Positions 10,598 to 23,406 of a stretch of DNA of 64,000 nt are shown here, piece after piece. The notes beneath the pieces are model-generated. The model saw nothing but the letters and a program-made list of their open reading frames with translations, had not been told where the DNA came from and searched no databases. A program made the position numbers and the translations under genes. Within the stretch, counting starts at the first letter, position 1. The number at the start of each line of letters is the position of its first letter. This DNA is from Novakomyces olei (lineage: Eukaryota), in assembly GCA_016906335.1 (NCBI GenBank), contig JADEYG010000003.1, positions 1-64,000 of the forward strand, read 5' to 3'.

Positions 10598-11725
10598 TCA
10601 GGCACCCTTGCTTTGCAAAAACTTGAACGTATCCACAATACTCTTCTCCAATGTAATGTAATCGATTCTCAGCAAGTTCCTAGAACGCGAATTGTCATAG
10701 CCACTCAAGGACGCCGGCTTATCCGACTCCATTTTAGCAGGGAGCTTGTCTGAATATTCTGGAAAGTTTTTCTTTACAATCTCGGCCACCTGCTTCATAT
10801 CAAAGTCGCCGGCTATTGTGAAAAATCGCTTTCCACCGGCATCGGGAATCTCCATCGCCCGGACATGCGCAAGAGCGACGTCACGTACATCAACCCAGTA
10901 ATAAGATCCGGTAGGGGGCAGCTTTTCTTTCCATCCACCCTGCGCGAGGGAAACAAGACTGGCATTCGATGTGTTGATCGTGGCCAGTGTAAAGCCCGGC
11001 GGGCAGTTAATTACTGGGCCAAAGACCAAAGGAGGGCAAATGGTGGCAATGTCAAAGCCAGGTTTCTCCTCCGCCACAAATGACCAGGCCGCTTCCTCGG
11101 CAACCTTCTTGCTTGCACGATAGGTTTTGGCTCTATCAGCCAGACCCTCGCTGTACGTAACCGGGTTCCAGTTGCTTTCGCTGTACTCTGCCGGTGGCGC
11201 ATCAGGGTCGACCATAGACGCAAAGGAAGACGTGATAACCACACGCTTGACACTAGGCGCTTTCGTCTTGATCGCGTTCAGAATACCCTTAGTGCCATAA
11301 ACGGCAGGCTCAAGCAGCTCCTTGGGGTCTTGAAATTTGAAGTGAAACGGGCTTGCTGTGTGAAGCACTGCATCAAACGGCGGATCAGACACAACTGCCT
11401 TGTCAAAGGCACCTTCTGCCGCGATATCGGGAACAATCACATAAGAAATTTGGCCGCTCGGAAGATGCGCATAAGCAGCCAAAATGCTTTCGCCTTTTTC
11501 CGCACTGCGCACAGTAGTCACAACAGTATGCTTTTCTGCCAGTAGCGTCTTGCAACGGCAGAAGCCACGGTCAGTACTTTGGGCACGATTCATTCGTAGT
11601 TTGTATGCCTTACCTCCAAAATGTGTGCGGCAATAAAGCCAGAGCCACCTTTGCAAAGAAACTAGTCAGTTTATCCAGATTGTTATGCTGCGGAGCCTCT
11701 ACATACCTGTAACGAGAACCTTCAT
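10598..11725 (-). CDS. NADPH-dependent aldehyde/carbonyl reductase (Gre2/Ari1-like extended SDR), 2 introns
   Basis: Spliced MKVLVTG-GSGFIAAHILE Rossmann motif, HTASPF, YRASK catalytic YxxxK, VDVRDVA. Confidence 0.88.
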
Positions 11726-12391
11726 CGTTCAATTGAATGTTTGTCGGAAATGCTAAGCGCTCAAAATCGTTGCCAAGCCAGCGTTTATATATTCGTTTAT
11801 ATTATATGTATTACTTTAACAGGAAAGATTACGCGAGCAAGACGGGAGGGATAGATTGATTGCCCAGTACGTAATTACAATGTATTATATAATACTAAAC
11901 ATTTATTATCAAAGAGGCTTTCTTATATTTACTATTAAAGAGATATTTTCATTATATATATTACACAATTATATAGGATGTCACATAGAATCAGGTCTAA
12001 GGGATAACTGCCGAAATAAAAGCACTGGAAGCTTCTTGTATATCGCAACAGCCTACGCGCAGCGTATCATGTATCGGTCCAGGAAAAAGCATTGCGGTAT
12101 TGTCGTGAATAGTAAAAGCAAGAAACCCGGTAGGTTGGGCCTTTTATAGGCGGTTTGCTCCTTTCGAGCTAGGGTTAGTCAGGGTTAGTCAGGGTTATAT
12201 TAAAAGATGAACCTTATGTAGGTTATTAAGATAGATATTGGCCAAGACAAAAGCAGTAATTCATTATACAATATGTATTGCATCTATCTATGTTTATATA
12301 TATATATATATGTATGTATATGTCCCACGCAAGACTGCCAGGGCTAATCGAGCGTCTGACCCAAAGTATTTCCTGACTCGATGTTTTCTGG

Positions 12392-14133
12392 CTAAGCTGC
12401 TTGCTGATCAAATGTACGTCTCGAGATACCGAGCCAACATTCGTCCGGCTTTTTCGAAAACCCTTCGTGCGACTCCAGAGTTTTCTGGTACAGCTCGAAT
12501 TTGTATCGGTGAAAGGCTGTTGCAATAATGAGCGACAGCTCCATGCGAGCGACATTTTGACCTACACAAGCGCGCGGTCCAAAGCTAAAGGGGTTGAAGC
12601 AAATCTTTTGTCTAGAGGTCAAGGCTCCCGGAAGCCATCGATCGGGCTTGAACTCCTCTACATCGGCACCCCACACATTTGCATCATGATGAATTGTGTA
12701 GCTGGGGACGGACAACACTGTTCCCGTCTTGAACTCCCATTCACCGTACGTAATACCCTTTGGAGCGGTCACTGTTCGCGGAAGGCCGAGCGCCGATGTG
12801 GAGTGCAGCCTCATGCCCTCGTCAATACAGCACCGGAGAAAGGGCAGATTCTTGACTTGCTCAAAGGAAGCAATTTCCGCCTCGGGCGGGATCGCGCTGT
12901 CGAGTTCCGCATACAGTCGAGGCAGGATTGTGCCCGGTGCGGCTCGTTCTCCGTGAAGAATCCAGTAAAAAATAGCGCATGAAGTGTTGGAGACCGTATC
13001 GCTTCCAGCAATAAGCTGCGTCAGCGCCTCAGACACGAGCTCATCGTACGGCATTGGTTGGCCTTTGCCGTCTCGTGCATCCAACAGCATTTGCAAGATA
13101 TCGTTTCGAGCGGCGACTTCGCTTCCAGTGGCGAGTCTGCGTGCTGCTGCTACACTCGCTATTCCGTGCAATGCGCCCACAGACTGAAGGCCCTTGGTGA
13201 AAAAAGGATCAGGCAAATATTTCGCGATTGGCCGAAGTGCCGGAAGCCAGCCCAGAGTAGAGCTGACTTCGCCTCGCCGATTCAAGGTTTCCGCGCCTGG
13301 CGAAAAAGTGACAGGCCCGTCTGGGCTCGTGCGGGACTCACACTCGTCCTTGGCCTTATCAACCATACCAAACGGTGCACCAAAAGCCAAATCGCCAATC
13401 ACGTCGAACGCGAGAAAAGTGCACCAGGGCATCATATTCATTTTCGCTGGGCTGGTGGATGTTGAGCGAGCGGCAATTTTGTCAAGCTGCCGCACCCAGC
13501 GGTGCAGGTTTTCCGCCATATGGTCCTCAAACGCATGGACTGAGCCGGGCGAAAACGCATGCGCAATAATTTTGCGCTTTCGCGTGTGCTCCGCACGGTT
13601 TCGAACATTAAATACCCCAGGAACTCCCGACACAAAGGCTTCGTAGTACGTGCTGTTTGCATTAGTGAATTGCCCAATAAAAAACCAAGACAGAGATGAG
13701 AGATTGAAATAAATAGTATCAAAAAGACCATTTTCATATGTGTTTGCTTTTCAAAACTATTCTCTCTCTCCTTTATATATATAATTTGGTTCAATTGGTT
13801 TTTCAAGCGTCAAGTCTAATAGTTTACATACTCTTTCAAAAAGCCATTGCCGTGCGCGTAAACGGCTTGGAGACCTTCTGGTTCAGCAATTGAAACATGG
13901 TTGTACCCAATGCGCACGATTGGACCGTAAACCCCGTGAGCCCAATGAACCCAAGCAAACTTTTTGCCGAGTCTGGCCGCAAGCGCAATCCAGATGTTGC
14001 TGATTTTCGCCAGTGGTGGTCCCGGTACGCGCTGCAAGTCCGAGTATGTTGTAAAGTAGGGCACAAGGTAATATTGCAGTGTCCAAAGCAGGCCAATTGC
14101 GGCAGCAAATCTCCAGTCGTTTATGAGAGCCAT
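12392..14133 (-). CDS. Cytochrome P450, CYP53 (benzoate 4-hydroxylase)-like, 1 intron
   Basis: FNVRNRAEHTRKRKIIAHAFS, AGSDT I-helix, EGMR (ExxR), FSFGPRACVG heme motif; intron about 13652-13830. Confidence 0.88.
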
Positions 14134-15686
14134 TGGGTCTGCTGGCGTAAACAAATTCGAATACTCTGGGCCACATTATATCCTTCTCGTAGGTCCCCCC
14201 ACTTTTGGTGCTCTCCATTATTGGCTGCCGAGACCCGTCGCCTGGTCGATACAAAAATGGGGTAGCTTTATTATTACGACTTTTGCGAGGTTTTCTTTAT
14301 CAGTGGTCGGATTGTTTTGGTAATTTTATTTGTTCCGCAAAAGCTTTGGAGAGCCACTTTATCACATTTGCGGAGATAAGAGATTTCATAGAAAACACGT
14401 TTAGCGCTAAAAGCGATAAGCGTTTGTGGATATATTATATATATATATATATATATAGATAGATAGACAAGGTACTAATAATTTGAATAAAACAAGTAGA
14501 TTTGTCTGCCAGTTCACATCAATTTAATGTAATTAAAGTCTTTCTATTCTGATGCCATTTACCTGGTTTGGAAATTTAAGAGATCAAGTGAGATCTCGCT
14601 CGGTGCATTTAACTTTTCGAATGCAAAGAGCAATTTATATAGACAATTTTAGTCATACGCGGTTTCGTCTCGTTCGACTGATCCTATTGAGGCCGCTCAT
14701 TAGTAATGCCTATTGAACGCTGAGCACGTAGCCAGCGATGTAATATAGTCTTTATCCTGGCCAAAGCTTCTAGCATAGGCTGAGAGATTCATGATTTTAC
14801 ATCCAAGGAAGCGTATAGCATATTAGTAGGATCTTGGTACGGTATATACATGGCCATGTGGGGTTATTCCGCAGGAGGGTACAAATTCTATTTTAAACCA
14901 TCGAGCTGTCTGCGCTATTTCAACATTATGTGCCAGTGCAGCGTTCTTTGTAGAAGACCTAAATTAACACCGATCTTTGTAAATGTCGTTGAGATACGCT
15001 CTCGTGCAACTGCAAGTGTATTTGGCGGAAGTTTCTATTGCAAAGACATCTTTGCGAATCCTAAACGCACTTTTGCTTGACTGGAATTGGTATTTTTCTA
15101 CCTGGGCTTTGTTTGGATGCAAAAGTGTTTGCGCGTTTGAAAGACCGTCTATGGCGATAAAACATGACTCTTTTTGTCCTGTTTTGTTTCCTGCAACTAA
15201 TTAATAGTAATCATTTGGTGCTGAAATCGTTATTTTTCATTTCTGGCGTCGATGATAATTGCCTTTTTTAACGTAGCTATTGGTCATACTTGCTTTGTTG
15301 TCATAAATATTTAGAGACGTAAAATCCCAGTTTGAAGCTCAGTCCCAAAAACCGCGCCATAACACACTGCTGGAAATGACACTGTAACGATAATGGATCT
15401 AGTTTTTCACAGACGGGCACTTGCTCGAACCATTACGTTAACGCAATATTTTCCATTTTCCTCCCGCTTACAGTCTATTAGTTTGTTGACCGTTTGGAAG
15501 AGTATTTCAGATAATGAAAACGCTAAATATAAAATTAGATACATGTATTGAACGCTAAATGGCTTTAACTGTCTTCTATTCAGCCTGATGGGCTACCTGC
15601 ACAGGCTGTCCAGTACCGCAAGGCTCCTAGAAAATTACGATGACTGGGCCCGAAAGATCAAGGCCTGTCTGGGGCGCCTTGTAATG

Positions 15687-17024
15687 TTAGCAGTGCGAGA
15701 GCTGGGCAAGAGGCAGCTCTGGCACGCGATCCAGCTTTTGGTTCGCGAGCGCCAGATCAGCATCACTAACGGCATCGTACTTGAATATCCAGTCACTCAT
15801 GACCGGACACTTCCAGAGGAACGGGCAGCCCGGGTCCGGTACGTCTTTCGCAATAGCCGTGTCGCGTGCCTCCTGTTCCGGACCATCGTCCAGGTGCCAG
15901 TAGTACTGGTGGTGGCAGCCAGCGTCGACTATTTTGCCCGTCCGTGCAATGCGCGTCTCCTCGTACGCACAAATGCTGATGGGCAGCTGCTCCTCTTTAT
16001 TCTCGGCCGTGACTGCCGCCAGCACACGGCCCATAACAGCAGCATCTTCAATACACATGCCGGCTCCCTGTGACAGGTAGGGCAGTGTTGCATGGACTGC
16101 ATCCCCGAGAAAACAAAACGTCTTTTTGGCGCTTGACCACGACGGAGTCTGATCGCGTACAGCCAGACGCCAGGTCACCATATCCGCACAGTCTTCAACA
16201 CGGGCCAAAAGGTCGCCTATAAAAGGATCAAAGTCTTTAAAGTACTCACGCAGCTCCGCTGTTGAGGAGCTGCCGTACTTGATCTCTTGCGGACCAAGAT
16301 TGTCGGGCACGAGCAGCACCATATTCAGGTACTCGCCGCCCCGAAGCGGGTAGCATACGAGATGCGTCTGCGGGCCGACCCAGTAATTGACGCGTGGTGT
16401 GTCCAGCAAATCGCGAAATTTACCGTCCGAAGCGGAGGCCAAGGCCTTGCCCGGGACAAGGATGCGGAAGGCGAGATCGCCAGAAAGCCGTGGCAGATCG
16501 ATTTTTTTGTAGAACAAATTGCGCAGGCCTGAATTGACCCCGTCAGCCGCGATAATTAGGTCTGCCATGACCTCTGATCCGTCCCGGCACGTCAGCCTTG
16601 TCGCTTCGAAGTCTACGTCAATCACAGCCTTTTCCAGCAACAGTTCCGCTCCATTAGCCACGGCCGCCTGTAGCAGTACGTGATGTAGATTGGCCCGATG
16701 AAAATTCCAAAAGGGCGACCCGTACTTGTGGCGATAAGCCGTCATGTCCACTGACCCAATAATACGGCCGTCCGCGTAACGCCGAAAGTTTGCCTCCTTT
16801 GGCTCGGCAGCAAAGGCGGCTAGTGCGTCCGCTAAGCCCCAGTGAGTTAGTATACGTGTGGCATTTGCGTTGATTTGTATGCCTGCACCAACTTCCTTGA
16901 TGCTGCTGGCCGCTTCCAGAATCACTACTTGATGTTCTGGCTGCTCACGTTTGATCGCTATTGCAGCCGACAGGCCTCCAATGCCGGCACCTACAATAAC
17001 TACCTTGAACCGTGGCCTATCCAT
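15687..17024 (-). CDS. FAD-dependent monooxygenase (salicylate/6-hydroxynicotinate hydroxylase family), intronless HxnX paralogue
   Basis: GAGIGG, ADGVNS and GDAVHATLPYLSQGA motifs; shares several distinctive motifs with the gene at 23407. Confidence 0.88.
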   Translation of the reverse strand: MDRPRFKVVIVGAGIGGLSAAIAIKREQPEHQVVILEAASSIKEVGAGIQINANATRILTHWGLADALAAFAAEPKEANFRRYADGRIIGSVDMTAYRHKYGSPFWNFHRANLHHVLLQAAVANGAELLLEKAVIDVDFEATRLTCRDGSEVMADLIIAADGVNSGLRNLFYKKIDLPRLSGDLAFRILVPGKALASASDGKFRDLLDTPRVNYWVGPQTHLVCYPLRGGEYLNMVLLVPDNLGPQEIKYGSSSTAELREYFKDFDPFIGDLLARVEDCADMVTWRLAVRDQTPSWSSAKKTFCFLGDAVHATLPYLSQGAGMCIEDAAVMGRVLAAVTAENKEEQLPISICAYEETRIARTGKIVDAGCHHQYYWHLDDGPEQEARDTAIAKDVPDPGCPFLWKCPVMSDWIFKYDAVSDADLALANQKLDRVPELPLAQLSHC

Positions 17025-17872
17025 CGTCTGTCTAAACCCCAAAAGTCGCTGGTCGTTTCTTTATCTGGCACCGCAGGCACCATTGTCGCACACGTCCGAT
17101 ACTCGTCGAACGGACGGCTAACATTATAAGTTATTTTATTATAGATAGATAAGGGTTAGGGTCAGGATAAGAGATAACAATTCGGCCAAAGGGCCCTTTA
17201 GAACTGCGATATCATGTAGGTCTTTCGCGCTGGCAACTACGTTCCATTGCTTTTTCCATGGCTAAGACCAGCTAAGAAGAAATTGCCTATTTATTTTTGT
17301 TGAGGCGAAACAATTACGGTTGCTTTCAAAACTATCCAGAGATCCAGCAAAGTTAAGAAACAAATAATGGGGCACTGGACCTGTTAGGATTGTTCGAAGC
17401 GCATAGATAGTACTGTTAGGGTTAATTAGGGTTAGGAACATTAAACTTGATAACAGTTTTTGGCCTATTTATTGTCAAACCTATACAATACCCAATATAT
17501 TGAATCTACTGCTGGAAGAAGGCCTGGATAGCCAAGAACTTTGGTTTTTGGCAGGTAGACATTAAATTGCGCCTCAAGAATAATATGAATAGCAATAATA
17601 TGAATAGCAAAAATCGTCTTGTTTCATTAAACACGCCCCCATTAATGTGTAAGTCTATCCGACAAAGCGCACGTGGTAATATAACCTATAATACCGAGAA
17701 CTTTGGTTTGCTCAGCGCGGGTATAGCAAATCATGTGGAAGTTGGACTCGACGATCGTCATGCTCAAATCCGCCTGCCGCCCTTGTTGGCTATATCTTGA
17801 TCGTTGAGTTTTGATTGCACTGTACAGCACTATCCCATCAGTAGTCCGTCTGCACTATAAGCTGGCTGGGAG

Positions 17873-19879
17873 CTAGTCACCCGCTCCAAAATCAAGCCGC
17901 TCAACCCTCGTCTGGGCCACCACACGTCCGCCAAAGATGGTGAGCCGTGCGGCCGGGGGTCGGGCACACAAGCCGGCGAGCACAGCCCACTTTGGGTCAC
18001 GGGCTTCGAGGGCGGAGCGGTCCGACTGCAGTAGTACAAATGACGCCTCGGCGCCTGGCTGCGGTATGAGAGGCACTGCTTGTTTCTTGATCGATGCTGA
18101 CGCGTACTCTGTAACGCAGCGCAGCAGCACATCCAGTGCATCTGCCGTGGCACTTTGCTGAACTGCAATTGAGAGCGGCAGCAGCTCGAGCGGGTCAGCC
18201 GTGCCCTGTGGTGTAAACGCATTTGCCACATTGTTTGTCGACAACGCAACACTGAAGCCGCACTGCTGGAGCAGTAGTACGGGCATTGTGCCCCGCGGAC
18301 GTAGAATCCCGCTCTCACGTCCCATCATATATACATCGCTCGCCGGCAGCCCCACAAAGTGCACATTCACAGGACTGGTACTGGTACTAGTACTAGTAGT
18401 ACTGGTAGTGCTAGTAGCGCTAGTAGTGCCAGTAGTGCTAGTAGTGCTAGTAGTGCCAGTAGTACCACGACTAGTAGTAGCTGGGCTATTAGTGGCTAGG
18501 CTATTAGTGGCTAGGCTATTAGTGGCTGGGCTATTAGTGGCTGGGCTAGCACCAGCAGAGCCAATAGGAACAGAACTAATAGAGCCAGTGGGGTTAGTAC
18601 TAGCAGTAGCAGTGGCAGTCCTGGGACTAGTAATAGCATTAGCAGAACTATCAAGACTACCGTGACTGACGATGTCACTGACATTGCACCGGCGGGCTAA
18701 AAATTGCAATTGATCTTTGTTATACAGACACAGCTTTGTCATATGTCCGAGTACAATCTTGCGCAGAGTACCGTCGCGATGCCGAGGCAAACGGCTCTCA
18801 CCTGCCCGTTGTAGCACATAGGGCAGCAGTGACGGGCGGCTCGGGTCCAGATCGTAGTCCAGGTGGAACTGCACGTCCAGATCAAACTGCTCTGCCAACT
18901 GAAACACGGTATCGATGTTGCGCTCCGGACACGTGTCGACGTACGGGGCAGAGCCGATGGCACACACGGCCGGCTCATCCGCATAGCGAGAACACGCTTG
19001 CTGGAGCAGCTCCGTCATTGCCGTACCCGAGACTGCTCCACCTGTTGCGTCTTCGTGCTGGAAAATCGCGTCCTGTGCAAACACGGCCAGACGCAAATCG
19101 ATGCGGTCCTTGAAGCGTCGGCTCAAAGCGACACACTCGTCTAGACACAGGAAGCCTACCGTTTTGTCGACCTCTACGTGTGACATCATGAGGGATACAC
19201 CGTACCCAATGGCCTCCTGCAACAACCGTTGGGCCCGTGCTTGCACATCTGCCGCAGTGAAAGCCGCCTTTTGTCGAGCCGTTTCCCTTAGCGCTTCCCC
19301 AAAGTCACTGTCGCCTTTGTTAGCCTCATCGCAGGATTAATCATTAATTCATTCCCAGACAAACATTGTAATAAACAAAATTTTAGACTGAAAATATTCG
19401 TAAATCATTAAATGAAGTTTATAAATCTTAACAGTTAAGAAAATCAATAAGCAAGAATCAAAATTGATCCAAATACTCAATTCTAGCAACTGCGCGAAAC
19501 TAAATTAAATGATCCAAAATCAAGTAAACAATTATTGCTCAGATGCGGATATTTTATTTGAAAAATGCAAATTAAAAAGGGCGAAGCTGAAAACAAGCGT
19601 ATCAATCTTTACTCACCCCGTGCGTAAAACTGCGTCGCTCAGCAAATGACACTTGTCAATGTGCATGTGGGCCTGTGTTAATCCTGGCAATACAATGGCA
19701 GCCCTGGCATCGACCACGCTGCCCGAGATCTCAGCATTTGGTCCCCAAATCGCAGTCGCCTGTGTACCCTCCGTCTGCTTCTCCACAGCTTTAACAGCAC
19801 CATGCTCTAAATGTATCGTGTACAGCGAGCTCGCATCATGCAGCAGCACGCAATTGCGCACTATCCGTATGTGTTCCAT
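17873..19879 (-). CDS. Metal-dependent amidohydrolase (cytosine/creatinine deaminase-like), 1 intron, Ser/Thr-rich insert
   Basis: PGLTQAHMHIDKC (HxH), FHLD, GH, NNVANAFTPQG motifs; intron about 19309-19616. Confidence 0.8.
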
Positions 19880-21152
19880 CCCATCAACATGTATTCACTA
19901 CCAGGGCTCTAGCTGTGACAAATGTTGCCGAGTCATCTTTACTTTGCTGCCACTTTAAAGATGCAATTATACGGCTATCACCGTTATGACAATTTGTTAT
20001 CGGAGGCATGTTTATTTTTTTTGGTACGGTAATTAATTATTTATCGGATAAATGGCTGAACATTTGTGTTCGCAACTAGTATTCAGGGTTATGTAGGGTT
20101 AATTACGATATTTCATCGATTACACTCATATCTGTGTTCTTGTTTTCTAATAGTTCGTTATGCGTTTGTGTAGTATATATTAACGTCGGTTCAGGCATAG
20201 GCAACAAGCTCAGTAGTAATTACGACCTCATCCTTTATTCAAAGCATTTATCTACGCGATATAGTCACCTACTGAAAACATGACAGCATGCAGATGTTGA
20301 GGCAATTTTTGTATAAAAATCAGTGCAAATACTATTTAAAAGTAATTAAACGCAACAAAACAAAGACTGTCAATGGCAGAAAATTAGTTTGTCTCATCTA
20401 TTATGGAAACTTTTTATTGGGAAAACGGGACGTGGGCGGTTTATCCCACTCTAAAAATGACAGTTTTGGCCAAAAGTTCAGAAAAGTTTGAAAGCTGTCT
20501 ACAATTTGAATCTAGCTCACAGTACGCCCAAGTTGTACACGTCATACGTTGAACACGTCATACGTTGGGGATCAAACTCAGTTGAATGGAGGAATGATGA
20601 ACTCAACTCGAATGTAATGTACATTTATTCTAAAACTGGCACAATCCGTCAAAATTCTTTTCAATTTTTGGACGCTTGGTCCGGAACGTTATTAAACGAA
20701 TATCCATCTAAAACATACGGTTTAAAAGCAATAATGAGCTGACAATAAAGTCGGCGTGTCAGTACTGCAGTCGCTGCGCTTTAGACATATTTACTGAAAA
20801 AAATTGATATTCAGGTTCTTACACATCTATCCCCCAAATGGTCCATAACGTAGATGTTCCGATAACCCCCACCTTTGATTTATTCCCCTTTTGGATTTGA
20901 CAACTAGGAATACTGTATGTATTGCTGCAAATGAGCATTCGTTACCCACTCTTGACGCGGATGAAATCCGTATCTTTTGCGATAGGGCAGTACACCACGA
21001 AAATCGGCCCTGAGTGCGGTGGGTTGCTTATCTAGCAGCATCTGCACAAAAGACAGTGCATATGGTTCAAAAGGCCGGCAAAGGTAGGAGTTTGTTTAAC
21101 TTTCACAAAAGTGGGCTCAAACAAAAGTGTGAACTTTGTACAAAGGACCACA

Positions 21153-22906
21153 ATGTCAGTTGGGATTGAAAAGAACAAAAGCGAATATGGCAAGGCTGAC
21201 GAAGAAGTCGGTCATGTCAGTGAGCTTATTGATTTGCCTTTGGGAACAGTTCATATTTTGGACTTGACCCATAACTATCACGGGAAGCATGCCAGCTCGG
21301 GCGACACAGAAATTATTTTGGAACCGCCTCCAAGTTCAGATCCCGAGGATCCTTTGAACTGGTCACGCAAGCGAAAATACCTGGCTACTCTATGCGCCAT
21401 TTTGTAAGAAGTAGATTGTTACTGGCGCTGACTCAAAAAAAGTTATACGTGGTGCGTTTGCGTATCGTCATCAGCCGTATACTCTGTGTTTGCACCAATT
21501 TACCTTGATACAGGAATAAGCTTTGGACAGCTAAATGTAATGCCAACAAAGCTGTATATTTGTTTGCACCCAACTTACTATAATAGGATGGCACAGGCTA
21601 CATGTTTCTCTTCTTTGGATGGAGTCTACTGTTTTGGCAACCAATTTCGCTCAAGTACGGAAGGCGAAGCGTTTATCTCATTCAGCTGCTGGGCACAATG
21701 GTAAGGGAGCAAATATTTTAAAAAAGCTTCAAATTTGCTGACGTAACACATAGGGATTTAATGTCTGGGCAGGATACGGCAGAAACAATGGTCAATGGAT
21801 TGCACAGAGAATATTGCTGGGGTTTTTCGGTGCGTCCAGCGAGGCATTGGTGGAGGTTACGGTCGCTGATCTGTGGTTCACCCACGAACGTGGAACTTAC
21901 ATGGCCATGTACGTTGTGAGTTTGTTTGGTGGTCAGCTCGGTACAATTCCGGCTGGCTTTATTACTGCCGCACAGGGCTGGCCATGGGTTTTTTACTGGT
22001 GCGCCATTCTGAATGCAATTGGGTTCGTGTTTTGCTTTTTCTTCATGGAAGAAACCATGTATGTGCGCGACTACACAAAACCTGACAAGATTACGCCGAG
22101 AAAGACTTTTCTACAAAAGCTTTCGCTATTTCCCAAGGAGCGTCCCAATATCAGCTTACTGGCGCTTACCATACAACCGTTCAAAATTTTGCAGCTACCG
22201 CTGGTGATATGGGCTGGAGTCTTATACGGATGCTATCTCTGCTGGTTTGCGCTTATGAACGCAACTGTGAGTGAGGTTTTGAGTGATGCACCTTACAACT
22301 TTTCTGGAGAGGTAAAGCCAGCTTTTCATTTTCTCGATTTTATTGTTCTAACCCCTCTAGATGGTTGGCGTGGCATACATTGGACAAATTATAGGACTCT
22401 ATATATCTGGAATTTTTGGCGGCAAGCTCGGTGACTATGTTGTTTTATGGGCAGCTCGAAGAAACAAGGGCATTGCAGAACCAGAATTTCGCTTGTACCT
22501 CTTTATCCCGGCCGCTATTCTTGCCCCTGCAGGCTTGATATTGTGGGGCGTGGGTGCTGCACACAAAGTACACTGGGTCGGTCTTCTCTTTGGGCTTGGT
22601 ATTACCGGTGTGACAATTCCTATGGCAGGTACAGTATGTGTGACGTACATTGTTGATTGCTATAAGGAAATCGCAGGGCCTTGCCTTGTCACGCTGGTTT
22701 TGTTCCGAAACACTATCGATTTTGGCTTCAACTACTCAGTCACTCCTTTTGTTGAGCACAGTGGTCTTCAAAACGTTTTTGTCATGTGGTCCATGATTGC
22801 GTTTGGAACAACTCTTTCGTGCTTGTTGATCATAAAGTATGGACGCCGCCTCCGAACTGCGGCTGCTCCAGTTTACGAGAAGCTGCGAAAAGAACAAATG
22901 CACTAG
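21153..22906 (+). CDS. MFS transporter (DHA1/Hol1-like), multi-exon
   Basis: PSSDPEDPLNWS, KYGRR, DLWFTHERG, EPEFRL and YIVDCY motifs; GT-AG introns. Confidence 0.85.
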
Positions 22907-23406
22907 GCAACGAGAGTAGAAAGAGCGAGCTTTGGCAAGATGGAAGTGTCAAAAATTGTTTGTTATAGAATTAGTGTAGTAAAAGGAATTTTTTAGATTT
23001 CAGACATGTACGAGGTACAGCGGAATATTAAAAATAAATCTTAATAATTTGGATACGGGTTTCAATGTCTCGAAATCTCTCGTGTTAAAATGTTGCAATA
23101 GTAAGGTGAGAGAAAGCAAGTTTAGACCTTAAAGTCCTCCAAACGTATGGCACCAAAGGCCGAGAAAAAAGTTACGCAAAAGCAATCTCGTACTTTACAT
23201 GGTCCCCCACCCCCCCACTTTGGACACCTTGAGTGGGCGGATATTGGCGCCCGCTTACGCATACCTATACCAGATCATCACCCCCACTTTTGACGTTCTA
23301 ATTAGTCTAAATGTACCAAAAGTGTGTAGGGCAATTATTATTGCCGCTTGATTCTTGGTCAATCTGCCAGCACTCACCATCACAGACAAGGACGAAGTTT
23401 TGAACG

